A stretch of DNA of 64,000 bases from Gnetum montanum (Eukaryota > Plantae > Gnetophyta), in assembly GCA_015680685.1 (NCBI GenBank), contig MNCI01002923.1, positions 1,242,458 through 1,306,457 on the forward strand, read 5' to 3'. Positions within the stretch are counted from its first letter, which is position 1, and each line of letters starts with the position of its first letter. A program made the position numbers and the translations under genes. The notes under the pieces are model-generated. The model ran no database searches. It worked only from the letters and a program-made list of their open reading frames with translations, and was not told where the DNA came from. This document shows, in pieces, positions 51,209 through 64,000 of the stretch.

Positions 51209-53148
51209 ATGTCTCTCTCACAAGGCTACAATAACACAACAACAAGTAAGGTAATTCATTGGAAAACCAACGAATTATATGGCAATGAAGATGAAGTTTG
51301 GAGTACTCAATCTTCTACAGGGGTCTCCTATGTACATAGACGAAGACAACATTGTCCCAACTCAAAATTTCATAACCTACCTAGTGATGATGAACCCTTG
51401 TTGGCCACTAAGATCTCATGCATATACAAGAGGTTGTTCAAATATCCCGTAGGCATCGCAAAGAAAGAAATCTACCTAGGCTTGATTTAAATAACTTTTT
51501 CAAGTTTTCAAGAGGCTATGATTTAGATCTGCAACATCATTTACAAGCCTTCCATGATGCTTGTGTATGGAACAATATTGATAATGGGTGGAAAAAACTT
51601 AAGCTCTTCCCTACGACACTCATTGGCCAACCAAAAGTATGGTACAAGTCCTTGAAACCAAAATCAATTTGATGTTGGCTAACAATGGTAGAACTCTTCA
51701 ATGAAAGATATCAAACCTATGCAAGAGTGTCAACCTTGAGGAAACAAATCCAAGAGTGGAAACAAGTGCAACATGAACCCTTGAACATGGCCTTAGAAAG
51801 ATATTATGCATTGTTAAACAACTGCCTGGGCTATGGATTCTCTGAGGAAAGGCTAATGCATCACATCATGGATGGGCTCTGTAATGAAACAAGGGAAACC
51901 CTAGGGATGTATGCCCCAGTTCAACTATATGAGCTATGAACCCACCAATTCCAAGAGCTTATCAAGTGGGTAGAAAAAGAAGGAGAAATGGCTAAATGGG
52001 AGAATGTTGAAAATCTCAACAAGATCAAAATCTCAAACTAACAAAGGTCCATAATCAGGAAGAGGAAAAATCAACTCATCTCAAGGAAGTGGAACCATCT
52101 TTGCCAGTACTACAATCACTAGATGAAATTGAGGCAAAGATCAAGAAGATGACAAAATGGATACATGAAAAATGTGAAGAATATGCCAACATTATTAGAG
52201 TTAGAACCATGACAAACCAAGAAACAAGGCAGAACACCATTGGACAACTGAAAAGAAGGGTTGAAGAAAATAAGAATAGGAACTCAACTACCAATCATAC
52301 CTATCAATGTAATGTTTGCCTGTACAATCATCCTAAAGGCCAATGCCCAGTCTTGTCACATTTACATGAGCATTGGGGACGAATGTTACATCCAGAATTC
52401 ATATAGAAATATCATATTCAATCATAGTGGCAAAAATCTCAATCGTGGGGGGGACCACCCTCAAACTAGTCATACCCTTCATACCATCTGAACCCCAGCA
52501 CTCATCATGTCTAGCATTTTGTTTCCCCAACTGGATCAGCATCCTTTACTTCACCTCATCGTTATCATTCTCCCAATTACTCTCCACTCATACCCTTTCC
52601 AACAAGATCACCACCTCATGTCCCTTACACTTCTCTTCGCCCTCAATATTCTCATCCTTCACCTCCTTCTACATCCTCACTAGTTATGCCCGAAGGATTT
52701 GCACCATAGCATCGACCCACAAACATTACTTATGCTGCTACTATCAACCATAGTGGGGATCCTTCACAACATCGAAAGCATCCCTTCTTTAGACATGACC
52801 ATAGAAAGGAATAGCACAATTCTAAGACCACTGCATCCTCCCACTCAGCACAAGTTCAACATTGTGGTGCATCTTTCTCCTCAAATACAATGCCTCATGT
52901 TATCTTATCAGAGCCATCAATTAATACTCCAACTACCATTACGGCCCAATGAATACAACCACATAGGGAGACATATCAGTCCTTGCACACCATCTGACGG
53001 TCATGGGTGCCATAGTGGGTTAGCTCCCTATTACATGGTCACATCTTATAATTTGCCCCACTATACCAACTTCAATCAAGTGTGTGAACCCCCAAAGTGG
53101 GTACATTCCAACCACCACATCAAAAGACACCCAATGGTTTGGATATGA
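51209..53148 (+). pseudogene. gag: C2 gag (decayed)
   Basis: DLQHHLQAFHDAC, KLKLFPTTLIGQPKVWYKSL and Zn-knuckle-like CNVCLYNHPKGQC. Confidence 0.72.
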
Positions 53149-54714
53149 CTAGGTCCCAATATTTTCAAAATGCATGGATCCAAACTTTTCATTTGTTAAT
53201 TCTCGCCATGATCAAAAGTTCAGTTATGGGGGATATCCTCCATTCTAACAAGCAGAATTAATAAATGTTTTTCGTTTTCTTCAATTTTACAATTTTTTTT
53301 TCCATTTTTTCATCTTTCAATTTGTTGTTTTATCTTTTTATTTGTTGTTTCATCTTTTTATTTATTGTTTTATCTTTTTATGGGTAATCTCATCTATGAA
53401 TAAAGCACTCATGTGACTCATTGGTTGAGGTGTTGTTCTCTGCTATCAAGTCTTGAGTAACTAATTATTTGGACAGCGAGCCCACCACATCCACCTAACC
53501 ATTCTATTAATAAGAGGTTCTACTTTGGGTACAATGACATTCTTGTCATCATAAAAACTTAAAAGCACTTTTGTGCTCATTATGCCCAGAGCAAAAAATG
53601 ATGGACTAAGCGGGAATGGCCAAGGTGTGACATCAAGGGGACTTGTGGATTCTCTTTGGTGACATCTGTAGGAATTATAATGCAACTTGTTGTACTTAGA
53701 TCCTTATAGATCTAATGAAAAATGGGAGTAAGAGTAATAAAGGCACTCAATAAAGAAACCCAATGCTATTCTGGGGGATCCCACTAGAAAGACATGCACC
53801 CATGCCTGAAGGTAGGCAACTTCTCTGGATTACACATCAAAAAAAAAAGAGGGGGAAAAAAGAAGAAAAGAAGAGTGTGCCAAAGCAGCTAGACAAAAAG
53901 AAACAAAGAGATCAAGACAAATGTGCCACCAAGAAATTCCAAATCACTCCTCCCTTGAACAAAACACCAAGTGATTGTACGCCTTGTTGTCATGATGCTC
54001 TTATGGTTGTCCATCATTGGATGAAACAATGCGATGTCACTGATCGATGGAATAGACTTAGTCTTGATTTTGGAGTGATAGTCTAATGCCACATTAATCA
54101 TGTCCTACACGCAAGATTCATTGTGCCCTGGGTCAATTACCTCATGTCCCAATCTCTGCAATCCTTTCTATAATTTACCTTATCTCATTATTCATGTATT
54201 TGTGACTCATGTCTTGTGTATCATTGAACTCATACCTCATTACAATGGTATCTACATATGTGTGGTTTGTGGAATTAATGTGCATTACATTTCACCCTTT
54301 TAGTGCCTACAGACATTTTCAGGTATGGTTATGTAAGGGCATCTTAAGTAGGAACCTGCTTTGGGAAGGACCCATTTGTGTAACCTTTGTAATTTACACT
54401 CATTTCACATCATCATCACATCATTTTATACCCTCCGAGTACTGCATTGCTAATGTCATTCCTTCCTTTATCATCCTTCTAATTCAAACTTTCCTATGCA
54501 TCAAAACATGCCTTTTTCCTCATCCTATTCATGAATTTCATTACGAGATTCTACTTCATTATACTTTTCGTATCTTCCGATCTATTCAATGTTACCCTAG
54601 ACCTTTTAAATTAACCTCAAATCCTTCATTTTTGGCCTTGGAAATTCAAAAATTCATCAATTTTGCCTAGTACCCTATTTTCAAAGAATGTACAATCATT
54701 CAAAGAATGTATGG

Positions 54715-57408
54715 AATAGGAGGCATAATCATTCAGTATCCATCAAGAACCTCCTGTTACTATATAATCGGGACATGCTAAAGGTGGAGTCAATGAAGCA
54801 CCTGAATAGGGACAACATCTGATGTTGTCCCCAAAGTGTGTTCAAGAAATTCATGAAAGGTCCACGTCAGCAGCTATGATAGTGGAACTTAACTTTGGAC
54901 ATTTCATAGAGTTTTCTCCTAAAGTAGTCAGGGACCAACTTAAAGGGTCCCCATTATGGCCTATTCTCTCTAAAAGTGGTGCATAGTACTTGGGAAAGAT
55001 GTACCAATTTTGGCATAATAAAGAAGAAGGCACCATCATTGATATCGGTGGTGTTTCTGTGGATTTCTCTACTAAAGCCATTTTAAAGGTGTTAAATCTT
55101 CTAAATACAGGGCCAAAAGTTGCTCACTTATCCACTCGCTCTGATGCTAATGCACAGAAGATCTGGTTGAAATGGGCATATAGCAAGGAAGATAAAATGT
55201 ATGGAGAGTTGACACTAAAAGAGAGAATCTATTTCAAGATCAGCACATATCACATCTTCCCCACAAAAGGTTTAAACCGAATCTCCACATATGTAGCTAG
55301 AGGAAGTGTTATCTTGATGGGCAAGGTTAATGCCAACCTACCCCATTTATATCTTACAGAAATTTTGAGGTAGTTCAAAGAACGCAAGATAGGAAAGTTT
55401 GCATTGCTCTTTCCCTATCTCATCAAGAAGTTGTGCTGACATGATGGAATTCTAGGATACACCAATGACATCCCCAAAAGGCCCAAAATGCTTCATTTGC
55501 TAAATTACTAAAGCCACCACCCCCAAGGAAAAGTGTTGGTGAGACACTGGAGCCTAAATAAGAATAGACAGTGGGGCCACAACACCTCAAACTGCAAGTC
55601 CTAGCCAACTTTCAAGCACAAGGCCTAGTCAACAACAAGAAGCGAGGCCAAGCATAGGCCAGCAAGACCAACCACCACTAGCATTGCAAGACTATCGATC
55701 ATCGATGAGCCATCTCAGGGCCATCGTTGAAACAGTCAATTGGAAAAGTCGTGATGAGACCAATCTTTTTAGGGTCATAGATGATGTCGTATGATCCATG
55801 GTCTCAATTGATCATGCGCGAGATGAGGTATCGATCCAAACAAGAGGAGGGGAATCACATTGGTCACAAAAAATCTCAGGGAATGCTACATCTTTTCATG
55901 TGCAATTAGAAACTAGTGAAGGTGCCACAGTAGTGGTCATGCAGCACCAAGATGCAGCAGGAACCATAGAAGTGGTCACAGACCACATAAAAGAATCATT
56001 CAATGTCCCTATTATGCCACTAGTAGATTTTACAGGAGCATGCGATGCTCAAACTTTGGCTGGTCCCTCGATGAATCTTGTGAAGCATAAGAATGTTCTA
56101 GATCAGTTGTTGCAGATAGGACAAGTGATGACATCCCTATTTGACATCCCTTAAGATGTCACAGCAACTCAATCAGACCTCATCTCCACAAAAGGGAAGC
56201 TGGTTATGGTAAAGATCAGGGCCAAGCATGCAGAGGCGGAGTTGGAAAGACTCCAAGAAAAGCTCATTACCCTGCAAGCTGCACAATAGGACCTATCTTA
56301 ATTCATCCCCATAGACCAACTAGAGTCCTTCTGGATAGAGCAGCTCAATAAATTGTTACAAGAGAATAAAAAAGTGACAGAGGAGAAAGAGAAGGTCGAT
56401 TGGGATGCTTCCAATGCACAATCTCAAACGTATGCACATGCCAAAGCACTCAAGGCCTTACAAGAGGAGAATAAATAACTTGCTACTAACAATCTCCAGT
56501 TGACCACCATAGAAAAAAAAAGGAATGTTCTCAAAGAAAATTTTTAGTAGTTACGAAAACAATTAGTCAGGGTCAACTAGGACATGAATCGCCTAACCAG
56601 GGAAAATAAAACCCTCTCAATGAAGGAGGTACGTGTGATCCATCAAAAGACAGCAATTGAAATAAGTGCATGGTAGAACGTGGCCAAGAGACATAAAAAA
56701 CTCAAGGAACATTTTAGAGACCAGGTGGGGATGTACAAGCAAGTAATTGAAAAAGAAATCCATATGTTCAAAGCCCACATTAACACCTTCAGTGCTCAAC
56801 ACGCTAATTGGTAGGCCATATTGGATACCTATGCATTCGTCCACCAAGCAGAACTCAAGAGCCGGGACCTGTAGATACAAAATCTTATAGAATACATGGA
56901 GTTGGCAAACCTACGGTATGCCAACTTAGCCATGTTAACAACAGGACACCCAAGAGCAAAGTTAGAGAAGTAGGTAACAACCACCTACGCAAAGTATGAA
57001 ATAGAATTTGCTGAGCATAAGAAAACACTGCAAAAATTAGAAGTGGAAAATTCTGAGTTAGAGGTGGTCAAAACTAACTACCAGGGATAAAAATATGTCA
57101 CGGCAGATTTAGTTCGATAGCTCACGGATTACAAAGAGTACAAGGATAAAGTCAAAGCCTATGAAGAGGAACAATGGCTGTTTGCAGCTTGGTATGTCAA
57201 GGCCAACCAAATGTTCCTACAACTGCCATGTCCATGGGAAGTGTTGACTCCATCAAACATTGGAACATCAGCATGGATGGCACAGGATCCCTAAATCGAA
57301 GAGGAAAAGTTCCAGGCACTCCTTCAGAGACATTAATTTCCAAAACCTAGAGCACAAGATAAGAGGAAGAGACCCATGGAGGAACCACCGCCACCAAGAA
57401 CCACATGA
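54715..57408 (+). pseudogene. C2 ORF2 (5'-truncated, decayed)
   Basis: YHIFPTKGLNRIST...LYLTEILR plus the coiled-coil region. Homologous to C1 ORF2. Confidence 0.65.
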
Positions 57409-57588
57409 GTTCCAATAAATTTTATAATTCTATGTCTGTGTCCCAATTTTGTTGTGTTCAACTCTCCATTGTAGCATGAATAAATTCCTAGTCAATTAAT
57501 AATTCCATACCTATCCACTGTGTAATCAAGTGGACTCATTCTCATTTTTTTTAACTCAAGGACGAGTTATTATTCAGTCGTGGGGGTA

Positions 57589-58445
57589 TGATGAATTGTG
57601 ATTTGCTAGGACCTAATATCAAACCCTTGATATTGAGTCATTGATATCGGGTACACGATATCGTGACCTAAATAACGATATCGACTACACGATATCGTGA
57701 TCCTTGTGTAAGCCTATAAATACACATTTGGCCACACAAGAGAAGGGAGTCAGTAGGTGTAAGTGTAGAGTCTTTTTGTTCATTTTTAATTTATTTCAAT
57801 TCTTTCCCCCATTGCATGCCCACAATGTGATGATTGTAATTGTATGAAACCTTTATTCGAGTGTGACGTACTTGGACACGCACATGACCGACAATAAAGA
57901 TCGAGATTACTCCATCATTGCAGCATTCACTTAGCTTTTATTTTGCCATTGTTTCTTTAGTTAATATTTACTTTATTGTCATTTACATTTCATGCTATTA
58001 ATGCGGAATGAGTACAACTTAATCACAAGCATTTAAGTGGGATTACTTCGTATCCCAATAGTGTATCTAGGAGTGCTTAAGTAACATGCGCTTGGTAATC
58101 CCAGCAATAGTACACGAAGTCCAAGATGTGTACAGATGATTAAGGATGTATGCTCATCGCACTTAGGCTAGCTTAGATTTCCTTCTCATATTGCTCATTA
58201 GCTTAATTAAATTTATTCTCTATTGTCCTTAGGAGCAACATAGTGATAGGAAACACATCATACACCTCACTCTGGATTAAATCATACGTGACAAGCAAAT
58301 ACTAGTCCATGTGGGAAGACAGAGAACTACGATCAATGTGTAACTATCTAAATACTACAACTAGTCCATCTGCGAAGTTTGACCGAATCTTGCGTACATG
58401 CTCGTATTCATATGGTTGAGTGTAGGGGTACCTCACCACTCATCA
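57589..58445 (+). repeat. C2 3' LTR
   Basis: Runs TGATGAATTG...CACTCATCA, followed by TSD GATAT. Confidence 0.9.
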
Positions 58446-59290
58446 GATATCCTATATGTCCTTCCTCATGGAGTTGTTTTAAAGTGTCGTTAGCTTGTTC
58501 TTGCCTTAAGCACTTAGGGTATATTCCTTGGAAATTCTTTTTAAATAGTTCACCACTAATTAGAGTAAATTTAGAACATTTCGGTACTAAAAAATTTCTT
58601 TTATAAATAGGTAAATTTGAAGGACAATGATGGAAGGTTAAATAAAATTTAATATCATCATACCATGGGTCATGCAATCAATTGGAAGAAAATGGGATAT
58701 CATTTTCCTCATTAATGGATAATATGTGAAGAGGAAGTGATTATTTATCATTGGGTGCATCGTAATTTTCTAAAGTTGAGGCTTTGGCAATTAGCTTGGC
58801 AAGAGCAGTTCCTCTAACTAACTTGGCTACCTTCCATTGAATATCAAATTCTTACAACTTCATAATCCATTTAGCACGTTTTTCACTAGGATCTTGTAAT
58901 TTAGCTAAAGCAATGGTGGTTGGATCAAGGACAATGACAAAAACCTTTGTGTTTAACAAATAGTAGTGAAATTTCTTTAAGGCTTTTATCACAACATACA
59001 ATTGCTTCTATACAGGTGAGTATTTTAATTCTGCATTCTTTAAAGGTGCAAACATGAAAGCCATGGGTCTCTCACCTTGATCAACTACCAAGGAGAAGCA
59101 ATGGGTTAAGATAGCAATGGCAATAACATTGCTAGAAAAAGCATATAAAAGTAAATTATTTTCATACCAAGGAGAAGCTAGGATAGGGGCATCTACAATG
59201 GCCTCTTTAATAGCAAGGAAAACATTCTTTCTTTCATTTGTCCACTACATATTACTATCTTTCTTAAGCATCTCATTTCTTAATGTTATT
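58446..59290 (-). pseudogene. pol: Old gypsy element D, RT connection/RNase H to integrase N-terminus (no aRH seen)
   Basis: IKEAIVDAPILASP, KALKKFHYYL, KLVRGTALAKLIA, DPWYDDIKFYL...QLHEEGHIG. Continues into 31125 once C2 is removed. Confidence 0.8.
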
Positions 59291-60029
59291 TTGAAATACC
59301 TAGATTTTATGCTTATTATGACACAAAAGAATGTGTCAAAGAATCACCTAAGTAATAGAACATGGTATTGCTGGTAGTTGCCCCTTATAATGCAAATAAT
59401 CCTACATAAAACATAAGCCAATAATGCAACACAATGCAAGAAGTAAAAGTTGGATGGCTCACAAGCTAAGCTTCAATGGAATTGCAATTCTACCTAAATT
59501 AAATGAAGGGACCATTTCAGATTCTTGTTTGCAATTCTAAATCACAATTCTCCTTTTGCAATTAATTTTAATTTTCAATGACGAAACATTTTTTAAAAAA
59601 ATCCTTAATTATAGTTTTAGTTACCATAATTCTTTTAAAGGAAATTTGTAACTACATTCAAGATTAAGAATCTTGTAAATCAAACGCTATTAGCTATAAC
59701 CTCAACCTTGCTAATCCTTGTATGAGAAGATTCTTAAGTTATAGGGTACTATAGTATAATCCATTGTTACACCTGAATAAGAGTCACACACACAAGAAGG
59801 CACAAGAGGAGGAGGGATTTCTCTAGCAATCTTTAATTATAGTTTTAGTTACCATGATTTCTTTAAAATTCTCAAAAACCTTTGTAACTATAGTTAAGAT
59901 TTGAAGTAGGGACCACTATTTGGAGTGATATTGGGGTGATTATTTTTTCAATTTTAATTTGTAGGGACCACCACTTGGAGTTATGTTAAGGTGATTGTTT
60001 ATTCAATTGTAAGCTGTGGGTTAAAGGTT

Positions 60030-60120
60030 GGTCTCAAAAGAGGTTAAGCTTTTACTCAACCATCGGGCCCTTCCTTCAAGGACCCTGCCTTGGCAAGAGG
60101 AGTAGCATTGAGCCTCTAGG
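60030..60120 (+). mobile_element. Possible Au-like SINE remnant downstream of the GT61 stop
   Basis: TCGGGCCCTTCC...GGACCCTGC...GGCAAGAG..GCA resembles the 3' half of plant Au SINEs as recalled. No A/B boxes or TSD seen. Confidence 0.25.
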
Positions 60121-60191
60121 TGATGATGATCCTTATTCAAGATTCGAAGTCTTATGAATCACAATTGTTACAATTTGGAATGCATTGGTGC

Positions 60192-62426
60192 TTAGGAGGA
60201 AGAGTCACATGCGCAAGAAGCATCAACGCCAGTAGAGGCAGAATCAATAATAGCAGTGCGGTTGAGGAAAGAGTGGAGGACGTGGAAGGTCCAAAGGGAC
60301 AGTAAGGTGGCGTTATGGTCGACTGGGCGGTCTTTGTAGAACTTGAAGCAGCTCTGATGGTTATTGTGATTAGGGCATTCAGGACTATGGGTGTCTCTGT
60401 AGGTGCCTTCATGGATCATGCCGCACCAGCTAGCGAACCAATGGAATACGTATTGGCCTACTCCAGCTCCCTCTAGCCATCCCTTTGGAAACATCTCCAT
60501 CACGCTGCTATTCCTATCCATGAACATCATGTTTGTTAGCTGTGCCCCATGTACTGTTGCTAGCACATCTGTCTCCGTCATCACCTGCACCTGCAAAGAG
60601 TCACCATGACATGCATATTGTATGCCTAGGTTAACACCTCATTACTATTATTATTATGGATGAATTAACAAAAAAAAAATGTGTATGGTATTTGCAAATG
60701 ATATTCTATTGGTGGATACATCTCTATAAAATAGTATTTCTAATATAGGGAAATGGGAAAGTGGAGATATGGTTTAGAATCAAAAAACTTTGAAGTCAGT
60801 AAAAGACAAAGTATATGGAATGTAATTTCAAGAACAGTATAAACAATAGTGAAATGGAAGTGACAAATCAATGCCAAAAAGACCCTCATTACAAATAGTT
60901 TTCGATGCTTAAACAATTATCAATGCATCCAATCATATGGTGAAATTGATAAAATATAAGAAATAGAATTGAGATAGGAAGGTGATAATCCAAACAAGCG
61001 GGTGGTGTTCTAAAAAATATGGATAAAACTAAAGGAAAAATTTTGCATGACAATAAATAGGTTCGTGATGTTAAATACTATTAAATATTGGGTAGTAGAA
61101 GAAGCATGAAGAGTGCAATAAAAATGTGAATGCTTGGATGTCAAGCATCAGTACAAAAGAGGCATCAACACTATCATAGAAATTGGACAATGAATGTTAC
61201 AATAAGAGATAAGATTGCCAAATCCATAAATTGCAAAGACTAATAGTGTTGAAAACGGTTTGAGCAAAAAGATTGCAAGTAAATATCTTTAGTGACAAGG
61301 TAGGAAGACGAGGACGACGATGATGTACCTGTTGACAAAAAGTGAGATTGGCGATATGAACGAGGCGGAAGTTGCAGCCGGAGAGCTTGCGGCACTCCTT
61401 CTCCATGATCTCGGCCACGGCGGACTCGTTCCGGAAAGCGCGGGAGCCGGTGCGAGCAACCAAAGTAACATTAACTGAGGCGGACCCTGACGCGGACCCG
61501 GTTCTGGGCGGCCTGGTCACATTACAGAAGCGCCGGACTTTGCAGCGGACGGTGTCGAAGAGCTGAAGCCGTTGGCGGAGGGGCATACGTCCGAAGCCAC
61601 GCCGGTACACCACGGCTCGCTCGAAGCAGACCGGCCCTTTCTCGGCCTCCGCTAGCGGTTCCGCGGCCACGCCGGCGCGGTCCAAGGATGCCGCTAGAAC
61701 AACGGCGATCCAGGCGCCCATGGACACCACCAGTTCCCCCTTATGGTACAGAAGCAGCCGGTCCGGCGCCTCGCACCGGTTCCGCAGGCGCCACGACAAC
61801 ACCGGAATCAGCGTCGTCAGGCCGTGCCACGGGTTGCCGTAGTCGTAATACTGGTCCGCCACGAACGTCAGCCCCGGCAGCAACGTGGCGTTGTCCGGCA
61901 GAAAATCCGGCACGGCGAAACCGTACGAGTTGGCGCTGCCGTTGGAGCGGTGGCGCCCCGCCACGCACAGCAGCCGGTTCTCGGATTTCGCCGACGGAAA
62001 ATAGAAATGCTCGGCCTCTGCTTCTCCTTGTTCTTCCGTCCGCTGACGCAGGGACGCCATGAACCAGGTGCGGTCCGGCTCGTCCTGGGGCCGCTGCATC
62101 GCCGGATCTTTCAGCGGCAGGAATCGAACCGAGCCCAGCAGCTGTGCCGCGACGCTGCGGATTTGATCCCGTAAGCTCTGCATCTGCACAGACTGGTTTC
62201 CCATCTGAGACGTCAGGCTTTGGACCTGCAATGTGAGGTCGCCCAAGTCTTCCGTGGACTGTTGCACGGTCATCAGTCGAAGAGCCGCCTTGTAGGCTCC
62301 TCCTCCCAGCTGCGTTACCTGCATCAGCCATAACTGCGACGACACCAGCAGCACCAGCGCCAGCAATATCAGCCCCGTTCCTGCGTAAATGATAAACGCT
62401 CGGCCCTTCATGATCGATCGATTCAT
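60192..62426 (-). CDS. Glycosyltransferase family 61 (DUF563) type II membrane protein, 2 exons, ~498 aa
   Basis: Exon 1 is 62426-61329 (CAG|GTACAT donor, phase 0) and exon 2 is 60590-60192 (TTGCAG acceptor). N-terminal TM anchor and coiled stem, then YYDYGNPWHG, CFERAVV, R..RAFRNE and VHGAQLTNMMFM GT61 motifs. No internal stops. Confidence 0.9.
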
Positions 62427-63719
62427 TCTTGGTTACCTTGGTTTTGCGAGGGGGATTGTTAAGGTGAACCACGGACTGAGTTTGCCTTGGGTTTTTGGGA
62501 AGTGCGTCCACCGTGCTTTAGTTTATTGCCGGCATGTGTTAGGCATGGATACGCCATTGTGCCTGAATCATTGCCTGTATCAGAGGACGCCTTTTTATTG
62601 GAGATGCATAGAACTATTCTACCTGTCCGTCTCATCGTTCAAGAGGTACTGCTTCAGCTGAATTTTTGAATATTTTTTTAATATACTTCTTTTTTAAAGA
62701 ATATTTTTTTTCTTTGGTTTTTTTTTATAAATAGGAAGTCTTTAGTAGGAAATAAACAACCATTTGAATGCTTCTCCTGAATTTTTGAATATTTTTTTCT
62801 TTGGTTTTTCTTTTTTATGGGGTGTCGGACCCAAAAAGAGAATTTTATTAATAGAAAACAAAATTTAGTACATAAGCTACTTCAAGACATATAGATTGAG
62901 GAAAGGAGGAAGAGAAACCGTGTTGCCTGAGACTATTATAGAGGAAACATGTTAAACTTAGCATTCCAAAGATCAACCATTCACTGAAATGTGTGTATCT
63001 TTTCCTAGATGTGGATTGTCGAATGAGAACAAAGGTGTAAGAAAGAAGAAAAAGGCCAAATGGTGTAGAAAACTGTGGCTTAATTAGGAGACTTTCTTCT
63101 GAAGCGAGGCTTGATGATGGTGATTATTTGGATCTCCGATATGACTCCATGGCTGCAATAAGAATGGGAAGCCTTCAGTAAGAAATGAAAACACATGCGA
63201 ATGCTTTTGAAAGAAGGCAAGTTTAAATCTTTTTCTTACTTGAGAGGAGAGCTTTTAAAGGATTGGTTATAAGTATGAATACTTCTTGAGTATCCTCTAC
63301 TCTTGAACTCTAAATTTTTATTTTAAAGAGTCTTGGCACCCAAAATCACTTTTTATTTTATTTATTTATTTATTAAAACAAAAAAATTACCATAATTACA
63401 ACTCATTGCTTTTCCAAGGCCATCAATCCCCAAAGTGTCCATTGATTTGTCAAAGTAACTCCTATGATATTGAGTAATTAATTGTTAAATGATAAGACTA
63501 ATGATTTTTAATGAAAGAAGTAATAAAAGTTTATAAATATATTATTGATAAAATAAATAATTTTATAAAAATTAAGATTAATCATAAAAAATATTTGGCA
63601 AAACTTTTTAAAGTTAGGTCCCCAAGTTTTCAAGTTAAGTAAATATTTTTACAAAGTATTGACTCATTGATCACAACAAAAGTTTAATTATAAGAATCAT
63701 CATTTAAAGGCTCAATGCT

Positions 63720-63806
63720 CATTGTGCTAAGGTGGAGTCTTAAAATAATTAATAGATGAGTAGCATTGTGCTAAGGTGGAGTCTTAAAATAATTAATAGA
63801 TGAGTA
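63720..63806. repeat. Perfect tandem duplication, 44-bp period
   Basis: CATTGTGCTAAGGTGGAGTCTTAAAATAATTAATAGATGAGTA occurs twice. Confidence 0.9.
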
Positions 63807-64000
63807 AAAGCTTAGCAGCTTTCAAGTAAAAAAAGTAAAACCTTATAACTTAAAAAATAAGCAGCTTACCAAATAAGGCTCCAAAATATTTGACTTGAAT
63901 ACCTTTAAAAACGATAAAAGTCAGCCGATGCGCAGTCGTAGTCTAAAAAAGCCAATCATGTAACAACGCTGCCCCAAAGAACGTTGTTCGGCACCCCAAG

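Larger units (their letters stand above)
31126..58445 (+). mobile_element. Element C2: non-autonomous Athila-like LTR retrotransposon (same family as C1), interrupted by element B
   Basis: LTRs at 31126-31981 and 57589-58445. TSD GATAT at 31121-31125 and 58446-58450. PBS TGGCGCCATTGCTAGGGA at 31983-32000. PPT TGGGGGTA before 57589. Confidence 0.92.

Noticed and set aside
61197-61328. C-terminal 43 aa of the 409-aa ORF
   Set aside because: Read-through into the intron after the CAG|GTACAT donor. The GT61 domain continues in exon 2.
61372-62511. Long overlapping ORFs (256, 143 and 124 aa) over GT61 exon 1
   Set aside because: Expected shadow ORFs of a GC-rich exon, with low-complexity Ala/Arg/Gly/Pro translations and no motifs.

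Overview
Eukaryotic (plant) genomic DNA. About 54 kb (~5.4-59.3 kb) is a nest of degenerate Ty3/gypsy LTR retrotransposons, followed by one intact-looking two-exon host gene, a glycosyltransferase family 61 (GT61/DUF563) protein on the minus strand at 60192-62426. Four full-length insertions were delimited by eye from paired LTRs, PBS, PPT and 5-bp target-site duplications (TSDs). Two are Tat/Ogre-type elements: A at 5906-20282 (+) and B at 32007-51097 (-). Two are pol-less Athila-type elements: C1 at 21529-30519 (-) and C2 at 31126-58445 (+). C1 and C2 sit inside the pol of an older gypsy element D, and B sits inside C2. The main finding is in A and B. In both, the 5.5-6 kb segment between protease and reverse transcriptase looks like a giant intron and carries its own antisense, TATA-driven gene of about 8 exons. 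That gene encodes an FCP1/NIF-type HAD phosphatase-like domain with altered catalytic motifs, fused to a plant-transposon (Transposase_32-like) domain, acidic repeats and a coiled coil. Arrays of a shared motif flank it. All TE ORFs are decayed, domain calls come from motif recognition rather than database searches, and novelty is unverified.
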